Assembly: GCA_964486815.1 (NCBI GenBank) | Contig: CAZAOO010000007.1 | Location: 2,919-66,918, forward strand | Length of the DNA: 64,000 nt | Source: an uncultured Thiotrichales bacterium | GTDB lineage: Bacteria; Pseudomonadota; Gammaproteobacteria; UBA4575 | Direction of reading: 5' to 3' | Part shown: one piece after another, positions 34,533 to 43,136 of the stretch | Layout of the letters: the number at the start of each line of letters is the position of its first letter | How positions within the stretch are numbered: the stretch's first letter is position 1 | Notes under the pieces: model-generated | Databases searched by the model: none | Told to the model about the DNA's origin: nothing | Seen by the model: only the letters and a program-made list of their open reading frames with translations | Made by a program: the position numbers and the translations under genes

Positions 34533-35261
34533 TTATTTTGCCTTGGCTTGCTCATCTAACATAGCCGCTAAATCTTTCGCTGGACGATATCCAGGGATTA
34601 ACGTGCCATTATCTAAAAGTAATGCCGGTGTGCCGGTTACACCCAGCTGCTGGCCAATACTAAATTGTGAGCCTATTGGATTATCACAATTAGCCTGAGG
34701 CACACTTTCTCCCGCCTTAGCCTTGGTCATCGAAACCTGCTGGTCCTTTGCGCACCACACGTTTACCGCTTTTTGAAACGATGGAGTATCTGGCCCACTA
34801 CGTGGGAACATCATATAACGAACCTTTACGCCATAACTATTCAGTTCCTCCATTTCCGCATGTAGTTTTCTACAGTAGCCACAATCAATGTCTGTAAACA
34901 CGGTTATTGTATGACGAGACTTCTCAGGCGAGAACACAATCATTTCTGATTCATCCAACTTGCCCATCAAACCTTTGCGTATATCGGTACGTGTTGTCTC
35001 AGTTAGATTCTCATTAGTGTCCAGATCAACCAATGCACCCTGTAGCACATAACGTCCATCGCCAGAAGTGTAAAAAATGTCAGAACCAAACACTACTTCA
35101 TACAATCCATTAATAGCAGTTGGCTTGATAGACTCTGGTTTATCCTGAGGCGCTAATTTTTCTAAGCGTTCAGTTATATTCGCGATATCTTCCGCTTCAC
35201 CTGCCGATGCAACTTGCACACAGAATATGGTGATGATGAAAGATATAATTAACTTAGACAT
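34533..35261 (-). CDS. dsbC: Thiol:disulfide isomerase DsbC (start at MSKLIISF)
   Basis: Signal peptide, N-terminal dimerisation domain, FTDIDCGYCRKLH, GVTGTP; xerD-dsbC synteny. Confidence 0.94.
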   Translation of the reverse strand: MSKLIISFIITIFCVQVASAGEAEDIANITERLEKLAPQDKPESIKPTAINGLYEVVFGSDIFYTSGDGRYVLQGALVDLDTNENLTETTRTDIRKGLMGKLDESEMIVFSPEKSRHTITVFTDIDCGYCRKLHAEMEELNSYGVKVRYMMFPRSGPDTPSFQKAVNVWCAKDQQVSMTKAKAGESVPQANCDNPIGSQFSIGQQLGVTGTPALLLDNGTLIPGYRPAKDLAAMLDEQAKAK

Positions 35262-35314
35262 TGGTATTTCCCTATTAAAATTGAAATGGATATGTGAAAT
35301 TCTAGAAACTCTAC

Positions 35315-35348
35315 TATATAAGACCTGGATATATATAAGACCTGGATA
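35315..35348. repeat. Perfect 17-bp tandem duplication (TATATAAGACCTGGATA x2) between xerD and dsbC
   Basis: Units at 35315-35331 and 35332-35348 are identical. Confidence 0.9.
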
Positions 35349-35419
35349 TTGGCGAATAATTTCACCCTTTAGCACGGCAACATTACCGACGAACCAGCCC
35401 TCCAGGCTATTTCCCCAAG

Positions 35420-36334
35420 CTATCCTCTAGGATGGTGTTTACGGTGCATTTCCTGCAATCTTGCCTGCGCAACATGAGTGTAAATTTGAGTAGTAGACAA
35501 ATCACTATGCCCTAACAACATCTGTACAACCCTCAAATCAGCTCCATGATTTAACAAATGGGTAGCAAATGCATGGCGAAGGGTATGTGGTGATAGATGT
35601 TTTTTGATACCCACATTTTTCGAATGTTTCTTAATTAGATGCCAAAACGCTTGGCGCGTCATCGCAGTGCCACGATTCGACACAAACAGAGCATCGCTCT
35701 GACGATTATTAAGAAGATCAGCACGGGCATCATTAATAAATCGTGAAATCCAGTCATTCGCCTGTTCACCAAATGGAATTAAACGCTCTTTGTTGCCTTT
35801 TCCTGTTACTCGTATCACACCATAATTTAAGTTCACCTGACCTAAAGTTAAGCCAATTAGCTCACTCACTCGTAATCCACACGCATAAAGCACTTCTAAC
35901 ATAGCCCGGTCTCGCACTCCGTGAGATTTATTAATATTGGGCGCCGCAAGTAAACGATCTACTTCTTCCTCGGTTAAGGCTTCTGGTAAAGGTCTGCCCA
36001 ATTTAGGAAATTCAATTTGCGAAGAAGGATCTTTTTGAACTGCACCTTGACGCACAAGATAACGATAAAATCGACGAATACTGGATAACAATCTTGCTGA
36101 GGTTCTTGGCATACTGCCTTGCTGCACACGATAAGACAAATAATCTAGCAAATGATCTCGTCTAGCTTCAGTAATATTAACCGTCGCCTTGGATAACCAC
36201 TTGGACAATCCAATTAAATCATTACGATAAGCAGACAATGTATTTTCACTTAAACCGTGCTCAACCCATAAGGTATCTAAAAACGCCTCAATAACAGGCT
36301 GATCGGGTGGCATTGTATAAGAAGCATCACTCAT
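35420..36334 (-). CDS. xerD: Tyrosine recombinase XerD
   Basis: LSENTLSAYRND, LYACGLRVSEL, GKGNKER, HTLRHAFATH, LLGHSDLSTTQIYTHV. Confidence 0.97.
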   Translation of the reverse strand: MSDASYTMPPDQPVIEAFLDTLWVEHGLSENTLSAYRNDLIGLSKWLSKATVNITEARRDHLLDYLSYRVQQGSMPRTSARLLSSIRRFYRYLVRQGAVQKDPSSQIEFPKLGRPLPEALTEEEVDRLLAAPNINKSHGVRDRAMLEVLYACGLRVSELIGLTLGQVNLNYGVIRVTGKGNKERLIPFGEQANDWISRFINDARADLLNNRQSDALFVSNRGTAMTRQAFWHLIKKHSKNVGIKKHLSPHTLRHAFATHLLNHGADLRVVQMLLGHSDLSTTQIYTHVAQARLQEMHRKHHPRG

Positions 36335-36412
36335 CTAAATGACAAAACAAACACAAACTGATTACGAAAGCAGTTATAAAGAAAACATGAAATATTAATT
36401 TTAAATACACGC

Positions 36413-36471
36413 AAACTAGCTCCTTGGCAACTACTCCTGCATTGCTCTATCTCCTGCATCCATGCAGTCAT
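36413..36471 (-). other. GGA-rich structured element (CsrA/RsmA-site cluster or small dispersed repeat)
   Basis: Minus strand ATGACTGCATGGATGCAGGAGATAGAGCAATGCAGGAGTAGTTGCCAAGGAG: four GGA motifs, one in the loop of a CTGCA/TGCAG hairpin; internal 9-bp direct repeat. Confidence 0.45.
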
Positions 36472-36637
36472 ACGAATTAGACTAATTCTTAGCAAATCTT
36501 TTCAGCATTTTTATTTCGAATTATTATCATTATTCTTAACATTACTTTGGCAACGAAATGTATATACTTGTCAACAATATCCAAGTTTATGAATTTCACA
36601 TAATAAAAGCAAATTTTGCAAGTATTTAACCTTTCAG

Positions 36638-37078
36638 ATGCAAACCAAAAAAGAAAAAAGCCAACAAAACAACATACAACACGTTTCATTAAGAAGACGC
36701 TTCGGCGCAATGCTTTATGATTCCTTTTTACTGCTTACTGCGCTATTCGTTGCTTCTTTTATAATAGTCATACCAACCGGCATCAAACCAGAAGACCCAT
36801 ATTTCTTTTTATTTCAAGCGTATATCTTCCTTATCGCATACCTTTTCTTTGCATGGTTTTGGACACGCGGAGGGCAAACATTAGGCATGCGCACCTGGAA
36901 AATTAAACTGGTAAATGAAGATGGTTCTTTAATTACTTGGAGATCAGCACTATTACGTTTTGTAATGGCCATTATATCTTGGCTGGTATTTGGACTAGGT
37001 TTCCTATGGAGCTTATGGGATAAACAACATCGCACCTGGCATGACATGGTTTCCAGAACACACTTAATTCGCACTTAA
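36638..37078 (+). CDS. RDD family membrane protein
   Basis: RRFGAMLYD, GGQTLGMRTW, TWHDMVSRT. Confidence 0.92.
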   Translation: MQTKKEKSQQNNIQHVSLRRRFGAMLYDSFLLLTALFVASFIIVIPTGIKPEDPYFFLFQAYIFLIAYLFFAWFWTRGGQTLGMRTWKIKLVNEDGSLITWRSALLRFVMAIISWLVFGLGFLWSLWDKQHRTWHDMVSRTHLIRT

Positions 37079-37098
37079 GCTGATCTGTCAATTTATTC

Positions 37099-37377
37099 AT
37101 GCAAAACAAAGAACCAGAAAAACTCATCAAACGACATCAAAAGCTGACTCACTCAGACACCATGAAAGTGATCTCGCATGTGCAAAGAAAGTCGGGCGAA
37201 TGGATGATAAACACCCTGATGATAGAAGGTTGCGATGTGCCGTTTCGCTACAAACGCAAAAAAACATATAAAGATCTAAAAGGTCAACGCGTGAACCTAA
37301 CCTATTACCCAACAAGTGAAAATGTGGCCGGCTTTGAAATGGAAATCATGAACGTCGTTAGGATCAAAGCTTCTTAA
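37099..37377 (+). CDS. Small basic hypothetical protein
   Basis: 92-aa ATG ORF, natural-looking composition, beta-strand pattern, basic PFRYKRKKTYKDLKG segment. Confidence 0.75.
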   Translation: MQNKEPEKLIKRHQKLTHSDTMKVISHVQRKSGEWMINTLMIEGCDVPFRYKRKKTYKDLKGQRVNLTYYPTSENVAGFEMEIMNVVRIKAS

Positions 37378-37487
37378 GCAGCTATTTAGTGAGCACATGG
37401 AAATGCGAATATGAGACGCAACAAGGATGTTGCATCAAATTAAATCTTTTATTTATCTGAATTTCTTCTTTCGGCAGTCAATAGCAA

Positions 37488-37736
37488 TCATTCAATATTA
37501 TCAATCTGGTCTTCTGAAATATTCAATTCATCAGCATATAATCTACGTATAGCTGGCATTAGCAGCAATATGTCGCCCCCAACAAATTCACATGCTTCTT
37601 TGAATGACATTTTCTGCAATCTGTCGTATTTGATGTTGATCAAACTGCCTCCGCCATCCTTGTCATCTGTGTTTATACAAAGAGATTTGGATTCATCATT
37701 CCATTTCAGTACAATTTTGTTAGACAATATATCCAA
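37488..37736 (-). CDS. Small acidic hypothetical protein (82 aa from TTG 37736)
   Basis: Strong SD GAGGAG upstream of in-frame TTG at 37736; globular-looking sequence. Confidence 0.55.
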   Translation of the reverse strand: MDILSNKIVLKWNDESKSLCINTDDKDGGGSLINIKYDRLQKMSFKEACEFVGGDILLLMPAIRRLYADELNISEDQIDNIE

Positions 37737-37761
37737 GTTACGTCTCCTCAAGGCAATAGCG

Positions 37762-38043
37762 TCACTTAGTTTTATGAGAATAAATAATTCTAGGTGCAAT
37801 AAAAACTACAAAGGTCGCAGGTAAACACAGAACTAACCCAACCATATAGCTTATTGCTAACAACAAATTTTCATTATCGAGCGCTTTAAAATTTATTCCA
37901 GCAAATGTAGTTAAGAAAACGCAATATACAAAATACAAAAATAGTACAATTTTAATTACGATTTTTTTGAATATTGCATTGACTATATAAGACAAGAGCT
38001 CAATGAATAAAATGTTTGATAAAGGTCCGTTTTGGGTCGACAA
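37762..38043 (-). CDS. Hypothetical small membrane protein or gene remnant
   Basis: Two or three hydrophobic segments; very AT-rich; co-oriented with neighbours; weak start signal. Confidence 0.35.
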   Translation of the reverse strand: MSTQNGPLSNILFIELLSYIVNAIFKKIVIKIVLFLYFVYCVFLTTFAGINFKALDNENLLLAISYMVGLVLCLPATFVVFIAPRIIYSHKTK

Positions 38044-38051
38044 ACATTAAA

Positions 38052-38630
38052 TCACTTCACTTCAGACAGTGCCTCTTGTATTAACATTTCCATCTCATCA
38101 ATGTTTTTGATTCCACGAATAAGTTTTTCGTTGATAAGAAATGATGGCGTGCCAGCTACATCGTAGTCGAAAGCTGCATTTTCCTTCATACTTTTTACAG
38201 CCTCTTCTTGTTTAGGGTCATTTAGACATTCACCAAATTCTTTGTTATTTAACCCTATCGAAGCGGCAGACTCAGTGAGCGCAAAGTCAATATTTCTGCT
38301 ACGTGACCACCCTTCAACCGTAGCAAATAATATATTGAGCATATTGTGGTAATGCTCTGGACCTGCACAATTAACTGCAACGGCCCCACGCAGTGCAGCA
38401 TGGCTAGTGGGATAATGACGATAGATAAAGCGGACATTTCCTTTTGAAATGTGGCGTGATTTGATCTCTGGCAAAACTTCTCTATGAAATCTCACGCAGT
38501 AGCCACAGGTAAGCGATGCATACTCAATGATAGTAACGGATGCATCGGCATCACCTAATGCAAGCTCTGCTTGTATATCACTTGACAATATGGAAAAAAG
38601 AATCAACAAAAATAATGTCTGTAATCGCAT
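38052..38630 (-). CDS. Exported DsbA-family thioredoxin-fold protein (Thioredoxin_4/BdbD-like)
   Basis: Signal peptide, LGDADASVTIIEYASLTCGYC, cis-Pro loop GTPSF, second Cys pair. Confidence 0.88.
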   Translation of the reverse strand: MRLQTLFLLILFSILSSDIQAELALGDADASVTIIEYASLTCGYCVRFHREVLPEIKSRHISKGNVRFIYRHYPTSHAALRGAVAVNCAGPEHYHNMLNILFATVEGWSRSRNIDFALTESAASIGLNNKEFGECLNDPKQEEAVKSMKENAAFDYDVAGTPSFLINEKLIRGIKNIDEMEMLIQEALSEVK

Positions 38631-38828
38631 AAAATAAAACTTTTTAGTTTTGAAAAATAATTGTGAATAGAGCTAATAAACCTGTATGAATATAACAAAC
38701 AACATAGGGCTAAATCTTGTTCATACTTGTGAAATTACAGGAAGAACAAAAACTAATTTTCTATATTCTTACAACAATTTCACGGATAAAAGTAATTATT
38801 TCGTGCCGTATATGTTTTGATTCTTAAT

Positions 38829-39938
38829 TCAAGCCATCTTTCGCAATGCAACCGTCGCAATGATAATAACAATTATTGTTGGCATAAATGCACCAACCAC
38901 CGGTGGAATGTCATATACCACACTGGTATTACTTAATACTTTACTTAATAAATTAAATACCACAGCCACTATAATGCCTAACGCAACGCGTTGACCTAAC
39001 CCTCCAGCACGTGCAGAACGAAATACAAAAGGCACTGCCAGTAGTAACATGGCTAAACCAGATAACGGCACTGCAAAACGATTGTAATAAGCAAGCTGGT
39101 AGCGCTTTGAGTCCAATTCGTTATCATTTAGATAAGCAATGTATTTTTTAAGTTTCACGGCGCCCATATATTCTGGCTTAACGGTTATCACATCAAATAA
39201 ATCTATCGAAACCAGCTGTTCCCAATGTTCTTCTTCGGCCGCCACCGTTTCAACACCACTTTTTGATATCAAACTATGCTTGATGTCTGAAAGCTTCCAA
39301 ACATCATTTTCATACACTGCCTGTTTTGCAAAACTTGCTCGTTTTAATTTGAACTGTTCATCCAACTCGTATATCCAGATATCTCGCATGCGGTAATCCG
39401 GATAGACCTCTTGCGCATTAATATATCGATTTTTATCACGCACCCATATACCATATTTTGATCGCAATGAAATTTTCTTAATATCACTGCCGCTGTTAAT
39501 ATCATTTTTATTATCTCGCACTTGGCTTTTACTTAAGCTGTTTGCATATCCTTGCGCAGTGGGAACCACCATCTCACCCACCCAAACGCTTAATACGATT
39601 AACACCGCCCCCACTTTTAGTACCGACCAAATGATTCGCAGCTTGCTTATTCCCACTGAGCGCAGCGCTACTAACTCACTCTTTGCTGCCAAGCCTCCTA
39701 AACCTATCAACGCACCCAACAACAGCGCAGTAGGCATAAATTCATACAAACGCTGTGGCATTTCAAACAATAGTCGTAACATGACATGACCCAAGGTAAA
39801 ACCTCGATCATCCACAGATTCAACATCGTTTATAAAATCAATGATTGAATCTATTGAAAACAAAACCAGTAGTGCAAACAATGTTCCAACAAACACGGTT
39901 CTACCCAGGTAGCGATCAAAATGTTTAAACATTTGCAT
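38829..39938 (-). CDS. lptG: LPS export ABC transporter permease LptG
   Basis: DRYLGR, SELVALRSVGIS, six TM helices with a periplasmic domain; follows lptF. Confidence 0.93.
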   Translation of the reverse strand: MQMFKHFDRYLGRTVFVGTLFALLVLFSIDSIIDFINDVESVDDRGFTLGHVMLRLLFEMPQRLYEFMPTALLLGALIGLGGLAAKSELVALRSVGISKLRIIWSVLKVGAVLIVLSVWVGEMVVPTAQGYANSLSKSQVRDNKNDINSGSDIKKISLRSKYGIWVRDKNRYINAQEVYPDYRMRDIWIYELDEQFKLKRASFAKQAVYENDVWKLSDIKHSLISKSGVETVAAEEEHWEQLVSIDLFDVITVKPEYMGAVKLKKYIAYLNDNELDSKRYQLAYYNRFAVPLSGLAMLLLAVPFVFRSARAGGLGQRVALGIIVAVVFNLLSKVLSNTSVVYDIPPVVGAFMPTIIVIIIATVALRKMA

Positions 39939-39939
39939 A

Positions 39940-41007
39940 TTAAACACCTAACCGTCTGCGCATTGAAAGCGCGATAACTAACAACAGCATTGCCGCGTGC
40001 ACCACAAACATGCCTGGCACCACGGGTAGCTTTCCATCTGCCACCCATGCTTCAGCGAGAATTAGTAGATTCGAGTAAATTAAATAAATTACGATAGCCA
40101 CCGCAAGCCCTGCAAAACGACCTCGCCGAGGACTGGTTACACTAAGTGGAAACGCCAATAAAGCCAGCAATACTGCAGCAATAGGCACTGAAATTCGCCA
40201 TTGAAGCTCTGCCGTATCCACCAACTTATTAGATTTTAATAATTCGACAGTAGATTTGAATTCGGGATTTTGAGCATCAATATTGATATCAAACTTCGGG
40301 ATACGCACTGCATGTTGATCAAACTCTAATAAAGCAAAGCCACCTTCTCCAGGTGTGCCTTCATAACGCTGGCCTTGTTTAAGAATTAGAGATTCACCAC
40401 CAAGTTCTGTTAAATTTTTCTGCTCAGCATGCAGGGCAGTTTCTATCGCAACATTGCCATCTCTTCGGTCGTATATGAAAACATTACTCACTTCACCCGT
40501 TTCTCGATCTGACTGTTCTACAAAAACCACCCAATTGCCTTGACTTGATTCTATAAATTGACCAGGTGTTAAGCTATATATGTCTGTTAAACCACCAGCT
40601 TTTTGTTTGATCGTTTCTATTTGCTGTTCTGCCCAGGGTGCTGAATATATTGACAAGTAAAACAAGAATGCAATTAATGGTATGAACAGCAAACTCGCAT
40701 AACGTAACAATGAACGCGACCCGATTCCACTAGCATTAATTGCATAAATTTCACTATCGCGATAATAACGCCCCAAGGTGAGCATAATGGTTAACAGTAA
40801 CGCAAATGGAATCAATAAAATTGCCGACTTTAAAACCCCAAGACCCAACATTGATAGCACTACATCTGAAGGCAGCTTTCCCTTCATCACTTTCGCAAGC
40901 AAACTCACAAATGATTGGCCGACAATGACCACTAGCAAAATAACACTTACGCCGACGAAAGTTTGAGCAAGCTCTTTTGAGAAATATCGATTTAAAGTAG
41001 AGAACAT
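39940..41007 (-). CDS. lptF: LPS export ABC transporter permease LptF
   Basis: LGRYYRDSEIYAINASGIG, AELQWRISVP, PRRGRF; divergent from pepA. Confidence 0.93.
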   Translation of the reverse strand: MFSTLNRYFSKELAQTFVGVSVILLVVIVGQSFVSLLAKVMKGKLPSDVVLSMLGLGVLKSAILLIPFALLLTIMLTLGRYYRDSEIYAINASGIGSRSLLRYASLLFIPLIAFLFYLSIYSAPWAEQQIETIKQKAGGLTDIYSLTPGQFIESSQGNWVVFVEQSDRETGEVSNVFIYDRRDGNVAIETALHAEQKNLTELGGESLILKQGQRYEGTPGEGGFALLEFDQHAVRIPKFDINIDAQNPEFKSTVELLKSNKLVDTAELQWRISVPIAAVLLALLAFPLSVTSPRRGRFAGLAVAIVIYLIYSNLLILAEAWVADGKLPVVPGMFVVHAAMLLLVIALSMRRRLGV

Positions 41008-41104
41008 ATATGAGTATTATTACTACAGACCAGATCCTTTGGTTACATTTAGCTCAATATTAGCAATAATGCATCACGCACAAACAGTTTAATTGAGGAT
41101 TACC

Positions 41105-42601
41105 ATGGATTACATTGCCAAAACCACTTCCGTAGATAAAGAAAGCGCAGATTGTGCTGTAGTGGGTATATTCAAGCCCAAACGACTCAGTGACTCAGCC
41201 AAGAGACTCGACAAACTTTACAAAGGCAGTATTACCAGTGCCTGTCAGCGCGGTACAGCCGGAGGCAATCTAGCGCAAATCACCACTATACAAAACTCTG
41301 GTCGTAGTAAACATAAAAGTATCATTATTGTCGGCTGCGGAGAGCATAACAAGCTCACGGTTAGCGCTTATCAAAGAATCCTTGAAGCAGTAGCAAGTGA
41401 AATTAAACGAAACAAAACTAGCCATATCATCAACTGTTTAACCGAGCTACCGGTAAAAAATGTTGATGCTCTCACTAAGGCTCAGCTCTGTGTTACTGCT
41501 ATTGAATCTTCAATGTATTGCTACAGTGAAACCAAGCCAAGTGCAGCTGATTCTAAAACACAGCTTAAAAAGCAAAAATTTATTGCCAGCCATAAACAAG
41601 AGCTAGATGATATTCGTGATGGTATCGAAGTAGGTCAAGCCATTGCTAGCGGCATGGATCTAGCCAAAGAACTTGGCAACCTGCCTGGAAATGTTTGCAC
41701 ACCAACTTACCTTGCAGAACAAGCGCTGGCACTGAAAAAAGTTAATAAAAGCCTGAAAGTAACTGTGCTTGAAGAAGCACAAATGAAGAAACTGGGTATG
41801 GGTGCTTTACTTTCGGTTTCCAATGGAAGTGTCGAGCCTGCAAAACTAGTCACCATGGAATATAAGGGTGGCAATGCAGATGAGCGTCCTATTGTATTGG
41901 TTGGCAAAGGCATTACCTTTGATACCGGTGGAATTTCTTTAAAACCGGGTGCGACCATGGATGAAATGAAGTTTGACATGTGTGGCGCTGCAAGTGTTCT
42001 AGGCACGATGAAATCATGTTGTGAATTAGAACTGCCGATTAATGTAGTTGGTGTGATTGCTTGTGCAGAAAACATGCCTGGCGGCAAAGCTACCAAACCC
42101 GGTGATGTGGTAACTACTATGTCCGGCCAGACCGTTGAAATTTTAAATACTGATGCAGAAGGCCGCTTAGTGTTATGTGATGCACTGACCTATGTGGATA
42201 AATTTGACCCTGAAATAGTCATCGATATTGCAACCCTCACAGGTGCGTGCGTCGTTGCGTTGGGACAAATTCCCTCTGGCGTAATGAGCAATAATGATGA
42301 CTTAGCCAAAGCACTCATTAAGGCTGGCGAACAAACAGGTGATCGCACCTGGCAATTGCCACTCTGGGACGAGTACCAATCTGAACTCGATAGTAATTTT
42401 GCAGATATCGCTAATATCGGCGGACGCTGGGGTGGGACCATCACCGCTGCATGTTTTCTTTCCAGATTCACCAAAAAATATACTTGGGCTCATTTAGATA
42501 TCGCTGGCATTGCTTGGCACCAGGGTAAAATGAAAGGTGCTACCGGTAGACCCGTTCCTTTGTTAACCGAGTACTTATTACATCAAGCCTATGAGATGTA
42601 A
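41105..42601 (+). CDS. pepA: Leucyl aminopeptidase (start at ATG 41105 after GAGG)
   Basis: VGKGITFDTGGISLK, MKFDMCG, NTDAEGRL, ATLTGA. Confidence 0.97.
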   Translation: MDYIAKTTSVDKESADCAVVGIFKPKRLSDSAKRLDKLYKGSITSACQRGTAGGNLAQITTIQNSGRSKHKSIIIVGCGEHNKLTVSAYQRILEAVASEIKRNKTSHIINCLTELPVKNVDALTKAQLCVTAIESSMYCYSETKPSAADSKTQLKKQKFIASHKQELDDIRDGIEVGQAIASGMDLAKELGNLPGNVCTPTYLAEQALALKKVNKSLKVTVLEEAQMKKLGMGALLSVSNGSVEPAKLVTMEYKGGNADERPIVLVGKGITFDTGGISLKPGATMDEMKFDMCGAASVLGTMKSCCELELPINVVGVIACAENMPGGKATKPGDVVTTMSGQTVEILNTDAEGRLVLCDALTYVDKFDPEIVIDIATLTGACVVALGQIPSGVMSNNDDLAKALIKAGEQTGDRTWQLPLWDEYQSELDSNFADIANIGGRWGGTITAACFLSRFTKKYTWAHLDIAGIAWHQGKMKGATGRPVPLLTEYLLHQAYEM

Positions 42602-42609
42602 GTGTTGAG

Positions 42610-43110
42610 ATGGCTTCTTCTACCAATACAAATGGCAATACTCCAGGCAATAGCTACACTGATGCTTCCAAAGATATTCCAAGAGTAGATTTCTACGTCT
42701 CAAAAGCCAAGGAACCTGCTCCTCAGTTTGCCTTGCAGACTGTCTGCCGTATTGCGGAGAAAGCATTTTCAGCAGGCCATCGCATCCACATTTGTGTCAG
42801 TAGCTCCAATGATTGTGAAAAATTGGATGCTTTGTTATGGACATTTCGTGATCGCAGTTTCATTCCACATGAAATATCTGATACTCCAATACCAAATTGC
42901 CCGGTCACCCTGAGCACCAGAATTGATGCAAAACACAGCGATATGCTACTTAATGTAACGCATGAAGTGCCTGAAAATTTCAGGCAATTTCAAAGAATTG
43001 CAGAAATTATTGATAATCAGCCAGAGTCTGTTGTCACTGGTCGTGAACGTTACCGCTTTTATCGTGAGAGCGGGCTTGACCCCCAACACCATGAAGTATC
43101 CTCTGGTTGA
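42610..43110 (+). CDS. holC: DNA polymerase III chi subunit
   Basis: RVDFY, LDALLWTF..SFIPH, RERYRFYR; pepA-holC-valS synteny. Confidence 0.93.
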   Translation: MASSTNTNGNTPGNSYTDASKDIPRVDFYVSKAKEPAPQFALQTVCRIAEKAFSAGHRIHICVSSSNDCEKLDALLWTFRDRSFIPHEISDTPIPNCPVTLSTRIDAKHSDMLLNVTHEVPENFRQFQRIAEIIDNQPESVVTGRERYRFYRESGLDPQHHEVSSG

Positions 43111-43136
43111 CTTAATCAATTATTTCTCTTGCTTCT

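Noticed and set aside
35420-36334. Tyrosine recombinase as a possible phage or integron integrase
   Set aside because: Motifs and dsbC synteny identify housekeeping XerD; no IntI insertion or att sites seen
36489-36710. 73-aa minus-strand ORF
   Set aside because: Overlaps the RDD start in antisense and covers AT-rich promoter DNA; no protein-like features
37378-38051. Integron cassette array for the small ORFs
   Set aside because: No RYYYAAC/GTTRRRY-bounded attC palindromes recognisable between the ORFs
38682-38698. LexA box-like CTGTATGAATATAACA
   Set aside because: Right half-site is off by one base and lacks CAG; the downstream gene is not an SOS gene
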